64,000 bases of DNA from Meyerozyma guilliermondii (GCA_051546255.1 CP128816.1:806001-870000); one strand, 5' to 3'; positions 21,681 to 31,471 are shown, numbered from the stretch's first letter. Made by a program: numbers and translations. The notes: a model not told the origin generated them from the letters alone.

Positions 21681-22652
21681 ATGTCGTTTGAAAAAACAGA
21701 CTCGGAGCGTCCCGTCGTTTCCATCCCCTCGACCACGAGCGCCAACAATGCTGTCTACTATAATATTCTGCTCAAACTTCCTCTACGCTCGATGACGATT
21801 CCAAGAAGGTACTCCGAATTCTTCCGACTTGTTCAAGATTTATCCGATGACTTGGGTATAAATCCCAGCGATTTCCCGTACAAGATTCCTCCGAAGTCGT
21901 TCATGTTTTCGTCTTCAGCTAAAGTCGTGGCGGAAAGACGAGATCAACTCGCCACTTTTTTGAACCAGGCTGTCACTGATAAGGAGATTCAGAACAACCG
22001 AATATTCCTTGAATTTTTAAAACTTCCCGCCGATTTTGAGCTATCTTCCATCTTCAAAAGGGGCCTGAACGTAGTGTCGGACCTCAGTATTCCACCTAGT
22101 TTGGATGACCAGCAATGGCTGGAACTTTACCGTCGCTATAAGCAGCGAGCGCACGAGTTTGAAATAGCCTACAAAGAGAGCCAGACTTTGAAGGAAAAAA
22201 TTGCCATTCAAAAGGAGTCAAAGGATTTACAGAGGCACCTAGATGAGCTCCGTGCCACCATCAGCAAGCTCAAAATTTCTGCCAAAGATAAACTGAAAAA
22301 AGAGGCAGCGGTGTGTAATCTTAAGCTGCTGATTCTGCTGATAGGGGCATGGTCAGCCGATAGAAGAGAGCAAAACGGCGGGCACGGCTCGCTAGGCAAG
22401 GCTTCTGAGACCAACGACACATTGCCGTTGAACAACCAGGAACTTTTGCAGCAACAAATTCAGATCCACAAGAACCAAGATCAAGAATTGTACGAGCTTC
22501 GGAAACTGATTCAAAGACAACGTGAGTTGGGAGAGTTGATCAATACCGAGGTTGAAGAGCACAATGAGTTACTTGATGGTTTCGAACATGAAGTTGAAAA
22601 TGCTGCTGCAAAGGTCAAAAGTGCCCGTCTGCGGGCTCGCAAAATCTTATAG
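21681..22652 (+). CDS. VAM7: PX-domain Qc-SNARE (vacuolar morphogenesis protein Vam7)
   Basis: RRYSEF...FPYKIPPK...ERR (PX); ETNDTLPLNNQELLQQQ..QDQEL..L..IQRQRELG.LIN.EVEEHNELLD (SNARE); no TM anchor. Confidence 0.9.
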   Translation: MSFEKTDSERPVVSIPSTTSANNAVYYNILLKLPLRSMTIPRRYSEFFRLVQDLSDDLGINPSDFPYKIPPKSFMFSSSAKVVAERRDQLATFLNQAVTDKEIQNNRIFLEFLKLPADFELSSIFKRGLNVVSDLSIPPSLDDQQWLELYRRYKQRAHEFEIAYKESQTLKEKIAIQKESKDLQRHLDELRATISKLKISAKDKLKKEAAVCNLKLLILLIGAWSADRREQNGGHGSLGKASETNDTLPLNNQELLQQQIQIHKNQDQELYELRKLIQRQRELGELINTEVEEHNELLDGFEHEVENAAAKVKSARLRARKIL

Positions 22653-23693
22653 TGGAGTGTCCAAATTTACCGTGTGTCCTAGTTGCGCTTTTGCTTTGCT
22701 CGCAGCTTCAAGGCTAGATCCTACGCTCACAGCGTGAGTATCGTGATCAACGATACCAAGTTGAACCAACTTTTTGCACGTTGAAGGCCGATTTAGACAC
22801 CGTTTGCAATACTGTCCGTTGTCACTTTCCTCGATAAACCAGAACCCACCCACGTTCCCAAAGAGATGTGATACCCCATTTCGTCGTGGTGGATAGGCTC
22901 GTCCTTTATTTGTCAATAAAAGCACGCTGGGAAAGTATTGACGATAAAACCAATACGCACAAAAAATTCCTATGGCTGCTCCTGCTAACGTGTCTGATAA
23001 AAAGTGTCGATTATCGGCAATCCGTGAACTTGCAATTGTACTCGCTAGAATCATCGGCGCTACAACCAACGCTATCTTGATTGAAACACCACGATTGTCA
23101 AAAACTTGTAATTTGCCAGCGGAAAATAGACTCACCATTGTCATGGCTGTAAATGCTGTCGAGCTGTGACCACTGGGAAACGTCCGAAACCCTTCTCTTA
23201 GAATCCCATCGTCTGTACTCGTGCAATCTGCGATTGTTCCCATACCAAATTCTATTGATGGCTGGCACCGGTCCAAGAAATCTGGCCGAGGAAGGCCCAA
23301 AGTGTTTTTCAACACGCACACTATGAGTATCTGGGTCGCCATGCTCCCACACAAGGCAGTCAGCCCGGCAAAAGTGTCCCATAAAATTCTGAATATCGTC
23401 ACCCTGCGAAAATCCAAGCATGAAATTGCAAAAAATAAAATTGGTGGACAAACAATGGTTATGAATACCAATTGCCATATAGGGAATGTCTCGTTGGGTG
23501 TGTACGAGTATTGCAATCTCAAGTCCTGGACGGCATATTCGTGGGACGGCAGCGTTAGAACACCTAAAGTTATAGAAATGGTTGCAAAAAAAAGGTACAA
23601 GAACCAATCCAATCCACACGATGTTGCTGTGTACAACGAGATTGGTAGCTTTCCCAATGGCCGGTCGGCATATAGACCTTGCAAAGAAATCAT
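22647..23693 (-). CDS. PAP2-family lipid phosphate phosphatase (Dpp1/Lpp1-like)
   Basis: KNTLGLPRPDFLDRC, FPSGHSS, SRIADNRH catalytic motifs. Confidence 0.9.
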   Translation of the reverse strand: MISLQGLYADRPLGKLPISLYTATSCGLDWFLYLFFATISITLGVLTLPSHEYAVQDLRLQYSYTPNETFPIWQLVFITIVCPPILFFAISCLDFRRVTIFRILWDTFAGLTALCGSMATQILIVCVLKNTLGLPRPDFLDRCQPSIEFGMGTIADCTSTDDGILREGFRTFPSGHSSTAFTAMTMVSLFSAGKLQVFDNRGVSIKIALVVAPMILASTIASSRIADNRHFLSDTLAGAAIGIFCAYWFYRQYFPSVLLLTNKGRAYPPRRNGVSHLFGNVGGFWFIEESDNGQYCKRCLNRPSTCKKLVQLGIVDHDTHAVSVGSSLEAASKAKAQLGHTVNLDTPL

Positions 23694-23967
23694 TGGTCAC
23701 AATAGTCCTGGTTGCAATTCGGTACAAACACAAATTACAAGTTAGGCAATTCTGCATAAGGTTTCGTCTCACTTTTCGTCATTCTGCACAAATAGGGAAA
23801 CATGAAACTTTTGGCGAAAGCCCCCAGCAACCAAACCAACTGCTCTGGAGTATAAATTAGGACCTTAGCTAACCAGTAGACATGAATTTACGCAAGATAA
23901 CCACAAGGTTTTTGGTGGAGAATGGTCTTCATTTACACCCAAACACCCGGTGATAAACTACTAACAT

Positions 23968-24054
23968 GTATGTACAGCTATGATGATTCAAACTCGCCGC
24001 GTAGAGAAGTCATGATAATACAAATCCAACTGAGCCATTGACATACTAACGCAG
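23968..24054 (+). other. Spliceosomal intron (87 nt) in a non-coding host transcript
   Basis: Perfect yeast consensus GTATGT...TACTAAC.GCAG; no credible flanking ORF; TATAAAT at 23851-23857. Confidence 0.7.
23976..24036 (+). ncRNA. Candidate intronic box C/D snoRNA
   Basis: C box ATGATGA 23980-23986, D box CTGA 24030-24033, internal TGATAA (C'-like); enclosed by GTATGT 23968-23973, TACTAAC 24044-24050 and CAG 24052-24054. Confidence 0.65.
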
Positions 24055-24080
24055 AATTTTTTAATGGAGGTTCATATTAG

Positions 24081-24135
24081 TGTTGGTGTTTGTTGGTATG
24101 TGTTGGTGTTTGTTGGTATGTGTTGGTGTTTGGAT
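24081..24135. repeat. 10/20-bp tandem repeat (tgttggtgtt tgttggtatg)n
   Basis: Read directly. Confidence 0.85.
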
Positions 24136-24297
24136 GTTTTGGCATATAAAAGCTGAAAATTTTGTCCTTCTCATTACAACAAATGTATGTACTTTTTCAA
24201 GGATGAAAAATGTTCGCCTAAAATCGACAATCCATGAGATTACAAAAACAAACACCAAGATCTACTCTGAATGAAAAAGCAATACTAATACAGATGT

Positions 24298-25584
24298 TTA
24301 TTGATATAAATGTGGATAAAGCGTCCTGAGTTCGTCTCCCCAGATCCGGATTCCTTCCTCTATTTTTTCTGGTGACAACGAACTAATGCTCAATCTCACG
24401 CTGTTTTTCCAGAATGGCGGCTCGGAGCTGCACACTTCAAAGTTGTGGCCGGCCGGGATTATAACTCCTCTTTCTTTCATCTTGTCAAGCACCTTCTCTA
24501 GATCGATTTCTCCGGGGATCGAAAGCCAGAAAAAGTAGCCTCCATCGCCTCCACTTACTATTGTGGTTGATGGTAAGTACTTGGGTATCACTTCTAGTAA
24601 CCTCTTTGCGCGTTCTTTGTAGATCTCAATGAACTTCTTGATGATGGTATCAAGAGTGCCATTGTCGATGAGGCTTTTGACCACGAAAGAAGACAATTGA
24701 CCCGGGGTTCCTCCTGATTTGTTTGCTCCGGTAATTGCAAGTTGCTCTGCAAGCTTGCTAGTAGCGGTTTCTTGCCAGCCAAACCGAATTCCTGGCGCCA
24801 AAATCTTGGAAAACGTAGCGTTGGATACGGTATTTCCAAACGTTTTGGCTTTGGGTCGAGTCTTTATGTCCAAGTATACCATCCGAGGAATTCTCTCGCT
24901 GGCTTCGGTGTAGTCAAGTAGCTCGTACACATCGTCGGTGATAATTAGCATGTCGTATTTTCGAGCCAACTCCAACACCGCCATACGAGTCTTGGTCGTA
25001 TACGAGATTCCACCAGGATTTGAAAAAGTAGGCACCATATAGATTACATGGCGGTATAGCTTGCGGTCAGGGCGTCCCGCAGCGTCCTTAATGATGTTTA
25101 TCTCTTCATTTTCAGGGACTGGATCAGCTTGCGCAAGATGGTTTTCCAACGTCTTGATATCGATGTCGAATTCTTCATTCTGGGTCTCTCGAATTGGCAC
25201 AATTCTGCCTCCAAACCCAGCGTCCACAAACGAGCTGTTGATTAAAAAGTAAGTTGGAGTGACAATAAATGCAGATTGGGTAATCTCCACAGAAGTGGCA
25301 GAAGTAAGAATATTCGCAGCTCCATAAGAAGCACCGGACGTCAAGTTCATGTTCTGTGGACACGACAAATCAGTGTTGAATTCTCGATTATTCCAATCGC
25401 TGATGGTCTTGCGTACCTCGTAATTACCAGAATCAGTTCCATACTGCAAAGGTCCTCGATTTTTGGGATCATTTTCGTAGCCAAGAAAGTCGGTTTCAAG
25501 TAGAATTTTGCTATAGGCATCAGCAAGCTCCTTCCGGGGAAGTATGTCCGCACTGGGATGGCCCTTGAAAAAATTAATTGGCAT
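24298..25584 (-). CDS. PLP-dependent class I/II aminotransferase (YER152C-like, 2-aminoadipate transaminase family)
   Basis: INFFKGHPS, LQYG, PTYFL, VPTFSNPGG, DDVYELL, TFSKILAPGIRFGW (PLP Lys), GGYFFW. Confidence 0.9.
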   Translation of the reverse strand: MPINFFKGHPSADILPRKELADAYSKILLETDFLGYENDPKNRGPLQYGTDSGNYEVRKTISDWNNREFNTDLSCPQNMNLTSGASYGAANILTSATSVEITQSAFIVTPTYFLINSSFVDAGFGGRIVPIRETQNEEFDIDIKTLENHLAQADPVPENEEINIIKDAAGRPDRKLYRHVIYMVPTFSNPGGISYTTKTRMAVLELARKYDMLIITDDVYELLDYTEASERIPRMVYLDIKTRPKAKTFGNTVSNATFSKILAPGIRFGWQETATSKLAEQLAITGANKSGGTPGQLSSFVVKSLIDNGTLDTIIKKFIEIYKERAKRLLEVIPKYLPSTTIVSGGDGGYFFWLSIPGEIDLEKVLDKMKERGVIIPAGHNFEVCSSEPPFWKNSVRLSISSLSPEKIEEGIRIWGDELRTLYPHLYQ

Positions 25585-25746
25585 TTATGAGTGAAAGCAG
25601 CGACCGGCGGTTAATAATGGGCCACAGTCCTGCAGCGCGAACATTCAAAACGGAAAGAGTTTGGTTCCTGCATATGGCCCCTCTAGGTTCGCGTCCTGCA
25701 TGCAACCGGGGCATTCACCAATGATTTCTGTCGGTTTCTCATCAAC

Positions 25747-26085
25747 ATGCCTACCACTGCTGGACTTGTTGTCAGCACCTTTCTAGGCTTGACCGCCAGG
25801 CGGCTCCAGGTGCTCATTGTGGGCAAGGAGTACGCCCGTTCTTGGAACAGAATTCCTGGTTATGTATACTCTGTTGGATTATTCGTTGGAGGTTATGCTG
25901 TGGCCGACAATTTAATTGACAATAATAGACAATTGTTGCAAAGAAGACTTGCTGTTTTGCGAGAGCAGCGGGCACAAAAGGAAGCCTTCCACGAGTTTGA
26001 CGAAACCGCAGACCATAGATGGACCGCTGACAAGCGTGGACGGTTTTTCCATTTGTTGGATAAGTATGGAGCTGGATACAAATAA
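25747..26085 (+). CDS. Small two-TM protein, possibly a complex I accessory subunit (NDUFC2/N4BM-like)
   Basis: 112 aa with ATG in good context (aacATG); FLGLTARRLQ...GYVYSVGLFVGGY...LLQRRLAVLREQRA pattern recalls fungal 14-kDa subunits (from memory, unverified). Confidence 0.55.
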   Translation: MPTTAGLVVSTFLGLTARRLQVLIVGKEYARSWNRIPGYVYSVGLFVGGYAVADNLIDNNRQLLQRRLAVLREQRAQKEAFHEFDETADHRWTADKRGRFFHLLDKYGAGYK

Positions 26086-26187
26086 ATGCATGAGTTATTT
26101 GCGAAGTAGCAGGCAAAAGCCAGGAAGTAGTAAGCAGCAAGCAGTAGCAGAAACAGGAAGCAGGCTAGACAGAAGTAGTGTAGGGTT

Positions 26188-27519
26188 CTAGCTGAGACTG
26201 AGGTCGTCGCTTTCACCGTCTTCGCTGAGTTCACCGTCTTCACTGTCTTCACTCTCTTCACCATCTTCACTGTCTTCATCTTCACTATTCTCTTCTCCAT
26301 CCTCCTCCTTTTTTTCATTGTCGCTGTCGCTTTCCACTCCCGCCTGGTACGTTCCGTCCTCTTCTTCATCGTCACTATCTGGTGCTTCCGCATCCTCAGC
26401 ATCTGTTTCTGCTTTCACATTAGGGTCTGCCTTTTGTTTCTCGCGAAGCGCTTCGTTGAACGAATCGTCGTTTATGCCCTGTCTCTTGACGAAATCATCA
26501 AGAATTTGAAAATAAGCCTGATCCAACATCAGAAACTCAATGGTTTCTTCGCCGTCTGGTCGGGTATCGTTGTGAACCGTGACCAGCACGTTGAATGTGA
26601 GACGAGTGATGTTGCTGTAGGAGATACGCTTGACCGAATTCGCTCTAAAAAGCAAAATTGGTTTGCGGAACCCAAAAATTATCGTTCCTGGCTGGTCTTG
26701 GGTTCCACCCAAAAGCACTAGTGCCCCATCTTTGGAGCCTCTATAGGCCTGAACGATCACCACGTCGTTGACCGAGGTTCCGTTGGTGGATAATGCCAAC
26801 GCTGTGTCTTTATTGAGGGTCAATTTGTTTTTTGAGCCAGTGGAAAATGGCAAGTAGTTCAAAAGGCGGATGCCGCAAAGCTGAAATTGACGAACGAGAA
26901 AATCCACAAGTGCCTCGTTTATGGGTCTTATTCCCTCGGCATCGTCCTCTTCCGACTCAGAATCGAGCTCGGATTCGGCACTGGCGGGCACTTTTCCTTC
27001 GGCCACAAGTTGTTTTTTCACCGCATCAAAATTCAACTGGCAAACGATGGGGTCGCCATGAGCAAGCCACACAAGCAAAAGCACGGTATCTTTCTTCAGG
27101 GACACCGTGGAGTTTCCTAGGATCGGTAAGAGCGAGCAGAACACGATGTCTTGGCCCAAATTCATCAAGGAAAATTCCGGCTGCAACTGGTTGTTGACAA
27201 GCAGAAGTGCTGGGACAGGACCCTGAGGACCCAATGCTAAATGGAAAGCAAATCCAAGTCTTTTTCGAAACGGCGACTGGCACGAGATGTTGGAGAGATG
27301 AAATATGATGTCGGCTTGTGTTAATGGTGGCGGCAACTGTGGTGGGGCAGAAGTTTGTTGACGTTTTTTGCGAGGAGGATCTGGGATTTTTTGTTTTTGG
27401 GGGCTATTGGAAGCATATTCAAATAGTTTATCGAGGGTAGGAGCCGCTTGGGGAACGGCAGATATGAGGGCTGCTACTTCATCTTGGAGTGGAGGGGGAA
27501 GGGTGTGGAGCCACTGCAT
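26188..27519 (-). CDS. RTT106: Histone chaperone Rtt106
   Basis: WLHTLPPPLQ N-terminus, SPFRKRL, AYRGSKDGAL, FGFRKPILLF, SYSNITRLTFNV, acidic tail. Confidence 0.92.
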   Translation of the reverse strand: MQWLHTLPPPLQDEVAALISAVPQAAPTLDKLFEYASNSPQKQKIPDPPRKKRQQTSAPPQLPPPLTQADIIFHLSNISCQSPFRKRLGFAFHLALGPQGPVPALLLVNNQLQPEFSLMNLGQDIVFCSLLPILGNSTVSLKKDTVLLLVWLAHGDPIVCQLNFDAVKKQLVAEGKVPASAESELDSESEEDDAEGIRPINEALVDFLVRQFQLCGIRLLNYLPFSTGSKNKLTLNKDTALALSTNGTSVNDVVIVQAYRGSKDGALVLLGGTQDQPGTIIFGFRKPILLFRANSVKRISYSNITRLTFNVLVTVHNDTRPDGEETIEFLMLDQAYFQILDDFVKRQGINDDSFNEALREKQKADPNVKAETDAEDAEAPDSDDEEEDGTYQAGVESDSDNEKKEEDGEENSEDEDSEDGEESEDSEDGELSEDGESDDLSLS

Positions 27520-27540
27520 CGAGAGTAGTGAGGTAGTGAA

Positions 27541-27592
27541 ATAGCGAGACAGTGAGAAATAGTGAATAGCGAGACAGTGAGAAATAGCGAGA
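27541..27592. repeat. About 25-bp tandem repeat (atagcgagacagtgagaaatag...) in the RTT106/SWIM-gene divergent spacer
   Basis: Two copies read directly. Confidence 0.7.
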
Positions 27593-27742
27593 AAAAAAGA
27601 TTAGCGAGAGCAAAGATAAACAACAGAGGCGCGAATAAAGGTGAATAAGGAAACGAAGAGAAGAAGAGAAAAGAGAAGAAGAAATCGAAAGAATACTGGT
27701 TCTAGCAAAACTACCTAATTTGATAGGAGCTAGTGACCAATA

Positions 27743-28447
27743 ATGAATGGGTACACGTTGCGCGACGTTCTCAGTCTCGTTGATGGATTGATAGTGCGCG
27801 AGGAGTGCGAAGACGGTGGGAGCGAGAAAGAAAATGAGAAAAATGAAGAGAGTGAGACAAATAAAGCAAATGGAAACGGGAGCGATATAGAAAATGAAGA
27901 AAGAGAAAATGAAGTAAAAGAAGATGAGACAGAAAATGAAGGGGATAGAGGATATGGAACCAAGAGTCTCAATGGCGAAATTCGAATTAACGAAACCAAT
28001 GCCACTATACTAGGGCTTGCGCTTGGGTCGACATTCACAACTGCGATGGAATTGGTGGGAAACCAAGCGGTGGCTGTTGTGTTGTTTGCAACGGGGGAGA
28101 TCACTGCGACCGCTAATTCTGCAACCCTGACTGCGAAATCCTCCGCGAATTCTGCTAACCTCTCCCTAACCGCCGCCGCATATCTTGCCCACCTCGAGAC
28201 AGACTACACCAACAATCGCTATCCCATTTGTGTTGGTGTTCCCGCCCTCACAGTAAACGACAAACACTGCACCCACGTCGTCGACCTCACAGCATGGTAC
28301 TGTACCTGTTACACCCCCTATTGTGCCCACCTCGTCGCAGCCGCTATCGCCGTTCGCAACCGTCTCGTGAGCGCGCGCCACCGCACCTGCCCATCGCTAC
28401 CGTTGGGCCCAATCACTGGCGCACTTAACGACATTTTATTTTCCTGA
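27743..28447 (+). CDS. SWIM zinc-finger protein, possibly Shu2/Sws1-like
   Basis: 234 aa; C-terminal VDLTAWYCTC-YTPY-CAHLVAA fits CxC...CxH. Confidence 0.55.
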   Translation: MNGYTLRDVLSLVDGLIVREECEDGGSEKENEKNEESETNKANGNGSDIENEERENEVKEDETENEGDRGYGTKSLNGEIRINETNATILGLALGSTFTTAMELVGNQAVAVVLFATGEITATANSATLTAKSSANSANLSLTAAAYLAHLETDYTNNRYPICVGVPALTVNDKHCTHVVDLTAWYCTCYTPYCAHLVAAAIAVRNRLVSARHRTCPSLPLGPITGALNDILFS

Positions 28448-28633
28448 CGTAAGCACCCGTCCCGAACCCATCCACCCGCGCACCAAAATTTTCAACAATT
28501 TTTGCTCCGCTGCCGTTACTGATCCCAGCGGAACTGTCCCGCGTCTTCGCCCGTGTACAACAAGCGCACCCAGCGCCCTGCATTATTTTTTCTCCACCAT
28601 CGTCATATTGTATTTTAACCCCATAATAACCCC

Positions 28634-30814
28634 ATGGCTAATCCCGGCCTGAACCGATTCCGAGGCGACGCCGCTTCATTTTCCCCGAGCCAACAGCCGG
28701 CAATGCACCATATGCTGCAACAGCAGCAGCAGCAGCAGGCTCACATGTACGCCCACTACATGTACGCAGCAGCTCCTCAAATGGTGCCGAATTACTATAT
28801 GAACCCATATATGATGCCCAATATGCCATACGATTTTTCTCAGTATCAAGGTACATATCCATATCCAGCACCACAGCCACAGCCTTATGGAGCCCCACCG
28901 TTTTCCCCGACTTTTTCCCCGGCAAATCCATACAATGTGGCACCTAGACATAAGGTGAAACTGTCAAAAGCTGCATACGCACAGAAGGCTGCCGACCCTA
29001 ATGCCAACTTCCAGCCCAGCGCCGCCACCGTGATGGCTCTCCAGCAAAAAGCGGGAGCTGAGAGAGAGAAGGAAGAGAATGAAGAGAATGGTAAGGAGAA
29101 TGGAGAGAATGGAAAAAGTGAGAATGGTCAACTTGACCAAAATGATCAAAATGAAATTGGCCAAAATGGCCAAAATACCCAGCCAAAAAACGTCCCCTCG
29201 CAATACCCCATACTATTTAACTGCACCCAAGCCGACTTGTCGCTGGACCACCGCCGGCCACTTTCCACCAACCAGCTGCGCCGCTTATCGCATTTTCTCC
29301 AGTCAAAACCCGGTCCCATCTACATAAACCACGACCCTATCACCATCTTCAATCATAATGACGATACCCGTACTCGCAGCAAGGAAAATTCCGCCAAGTC
29401 GGACGTGGACCTGAAAACGAAAGACAAGCTTGCTGGTAACTGGGCGTCGGTATTGTTGCAAAGTGCACCCAAGAAAAAGCGTTCCGTACCCGCCTCTACG
29501 TCCTCCTCGCAACAACCCTCAACAACCACTACAACATCAAATGCCTCTATTCACCCATCACCTGCTCCACCGGCTGCTGCTTCTCCAGAACCAATTGGCT
29601 CGCTTGTGCTCCGCATAATGTACCAGCATGTAACGGTAGCACCGTTCAAAATCCGAGTCAAAGGGCTCACGAATACCGGCAACATTTGCTATATGAATGC
29701 GGTGCTTCAGGTGCTCCTCTACTGTGAGCCTTTCAACCGCATGTTAAAGGCTATCGAGACAAAGACGGCAGCGAGTTTAGGCAAATCTGACACTCCTCTT
29801 TTGGACGCTACCATCAAGTTCTTTGAAGACATGAGTGAGCCTCTGAAAAAAGCATTGTCTCCGGACGACTTCTACATGCGGTTGATTGCCCACGACAAGT
29901 TCTCTCACTTGAAATGGGGCCAACAGGAAGATGCTGAAGAATTTCTCAATCTTTTTTTGGATGGTCTTCGCGAAGAATTTATAGCTGTTGTGCGAGGCTT
30001 GACACCAGAACAGGTTAATAGAGTTCTCGAGCATGGAGGAGATGAAACATATCGCCAAAACGTCAAGGCGGCAGTCAATATGATTCAGAAGAAAAAAGAC
30101 GACAATGATGAAGGGTGGAATGAAGTTGCTGGTACCAAGAAAGCTTCCGCCAAGCGCACCGTCCAAGTCGAACCATCGCCAATCTCGATGATTTTTGGTG
30201 GCCAGTTCCGGTCGGTTTTACAAGTTCCCAAGAGTAAAGAAGCACAGTCTATCACATTGGATCCATTTCTGTGCGTTCCTCTCGATATTTCTGATGATAG
30301 CATCACCACCATCGAAGATGCTTTTGTCAGGTTTGGAGAGACTGAAGAATTGGCATTCAAAGAGGTGGTTGCAAAGAAACAAACCTTTATCGATCAACTT
30401 CCTCCTATCCTACTCATCCAGTTAAAACGATTCCTGTACCAGCTAGGAGAAAATGCTGGAGGCATTGAAAAATTGAAAAAGAAAGTTGCATATTCTCATA
30501 CCCTCACTTTACCCAACGAGTGTCTTTCGCCGGCTCTCAGAAAGCACGCTGGAGCGGGCTCCAAGACATACCGGTTGCTGGCGGTGGTATACCATCATGG
30601 AGTTGGGGCCGAAGGAGGACATTATACTTGTGATGTGTTGAGAAAGCTGTCGTTATACGATCACGAGCACGAGTCGGAAGGTAAGATGGTGGATGCTGAG
30701 TGGATACGGATTGACGATACTCATATTGAAGTTGTTGAGAGAGATGAGGTGTTGGAAGGAAGTGAAGATAGTACCAAAAACGCATATATCTTGATGTACC
30801 AGCGAAGTTCATAG
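28634..30814 (+). CDS. UBP3: Ubiquitin-specific protease Ubp3/USP10
   Basis: GLTNTGNICYMNAVLQ (Cys box), WGQQEDAEEFL, VVYHHG..AEGGHYT (His box), NAYILMY; Q/Y/P-rich N-terminus. Confidence 0.93.
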   Translation: MANPGLNRFRGDAASFSPSQQPAMHHMLQQQQQQQAHMYAHYMYAAAPQMVPNYYMNPYMMPNMPYDFSQYQGTYPYPAPQPQPYGAPPFSPTFSPANPYNVAPRHKVKLSKAAYAQKAADPNANFQPSAATVMALQQKAGAEREKEENEENGKENGENGKSENGQLDQNDQNEIGQNGQNTQPKNVPSQYPILFNCTQADLSLDHRRPLSTNQLRRLSHFLQSKPGPIYINHDPITIFNHNDDTRTRSKENSAKSDVDLKTKDKLAGNWASVLLQSAPKKKRSVPASTSSSQQPSTTTTTSNASIHPSPAPPAAASPEPIGSLVLRIMYQHVTVAPFKIRVKGLTNTGNICYMNAVLQVLLYCEPFNRMLKAIETKTAASLGKSDTPLLDATIKFFEDMSEPLKKALSPDDFYMRLIAHDKFSHLKWGQQEDAEEFLNLFLDGLREEFIAVVRGLTPEQVNRVLEHGGDETYRQNVKAAVNMIQKKKDDNDEGWNEVAGTKKASAKRTVQVEPSPISMIFGGQFRSVLQVPKSKEAQSITLDPFLCVPLDISDDSITTIEDAFVRFGETEELAFKEVVAKKQTFIDQLPPILLIQLKRFLYQLGENAGGIEKLKKKVAYSHTLTLPNECLSPALRKHAGAGSKTYRLLAVVYHHGVGAEGGHYTCDVLRKLSLYDHEHESEGKMVDAEWIRIDDTHIEVVERDEVLEGSEDSTKNAYILMYQRSS

Positions 30815-31471
30815 TCATATAGAGTATATCGAGAGGAGGAGATGACGAAGGTGAATCCTAAGTAGAAAAGTACTCAAATTCTTTACGAATTGGAACCTAT
30901 GGTAGATCTTAAATCAGTACTATATATGGAAAAGTTAGTAGCACTGCAGAAATTAGATATTAGTAGCTATTGGAGAAAAACGAAGGTTTCAAAAATAGAA
31001 TTTCGAGAGAAAGTCAAACTGATGTGAGTCAAAGAGAGTAAAAATTGAAATTAATATGGAAATCAAAATGAATCAGTCACCTTCATATAGTCAGAAGAAT
31101 TCCTATAAGTAAAGAGAACGTGAAGATTAGTCATTGTGACATGAAATCAAAATTAGTCAGCTAAACGAGGATCTCGTCTAACAAAGAACTTCAAAAACCA
31201 GTACCAGTAGTCAAAGATAATTGTAGAGAATTGAGCTTGTCGAGCTGTCACAAGAATCTTAGTCTGCCAAGCGAGCCAAGCCTCATGCACACGGGCTAAC
31301 TTTACGAGCGAGATCTTGAAGCTAAAGTCTAAGTCAAGATCAGGATTGTATTGAATTAGCACAGAGTTGATATGGGAGTAATGCAACAGTAACATTATGG
31401 TAGTTGTTGTCTCGTATCGATTTCGATACCTACAGTTTTTCGTCATATCTATATTAATCGTGCTAATTAAT

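Noticed and set aside
23706..23775. Possible 5' intron in the PAP2 gene (GTGAGA...CCTAAC...CAG on minus)
   Set aside because: Both donor and branchpoint are non-consensus, and the ORF is complete without it
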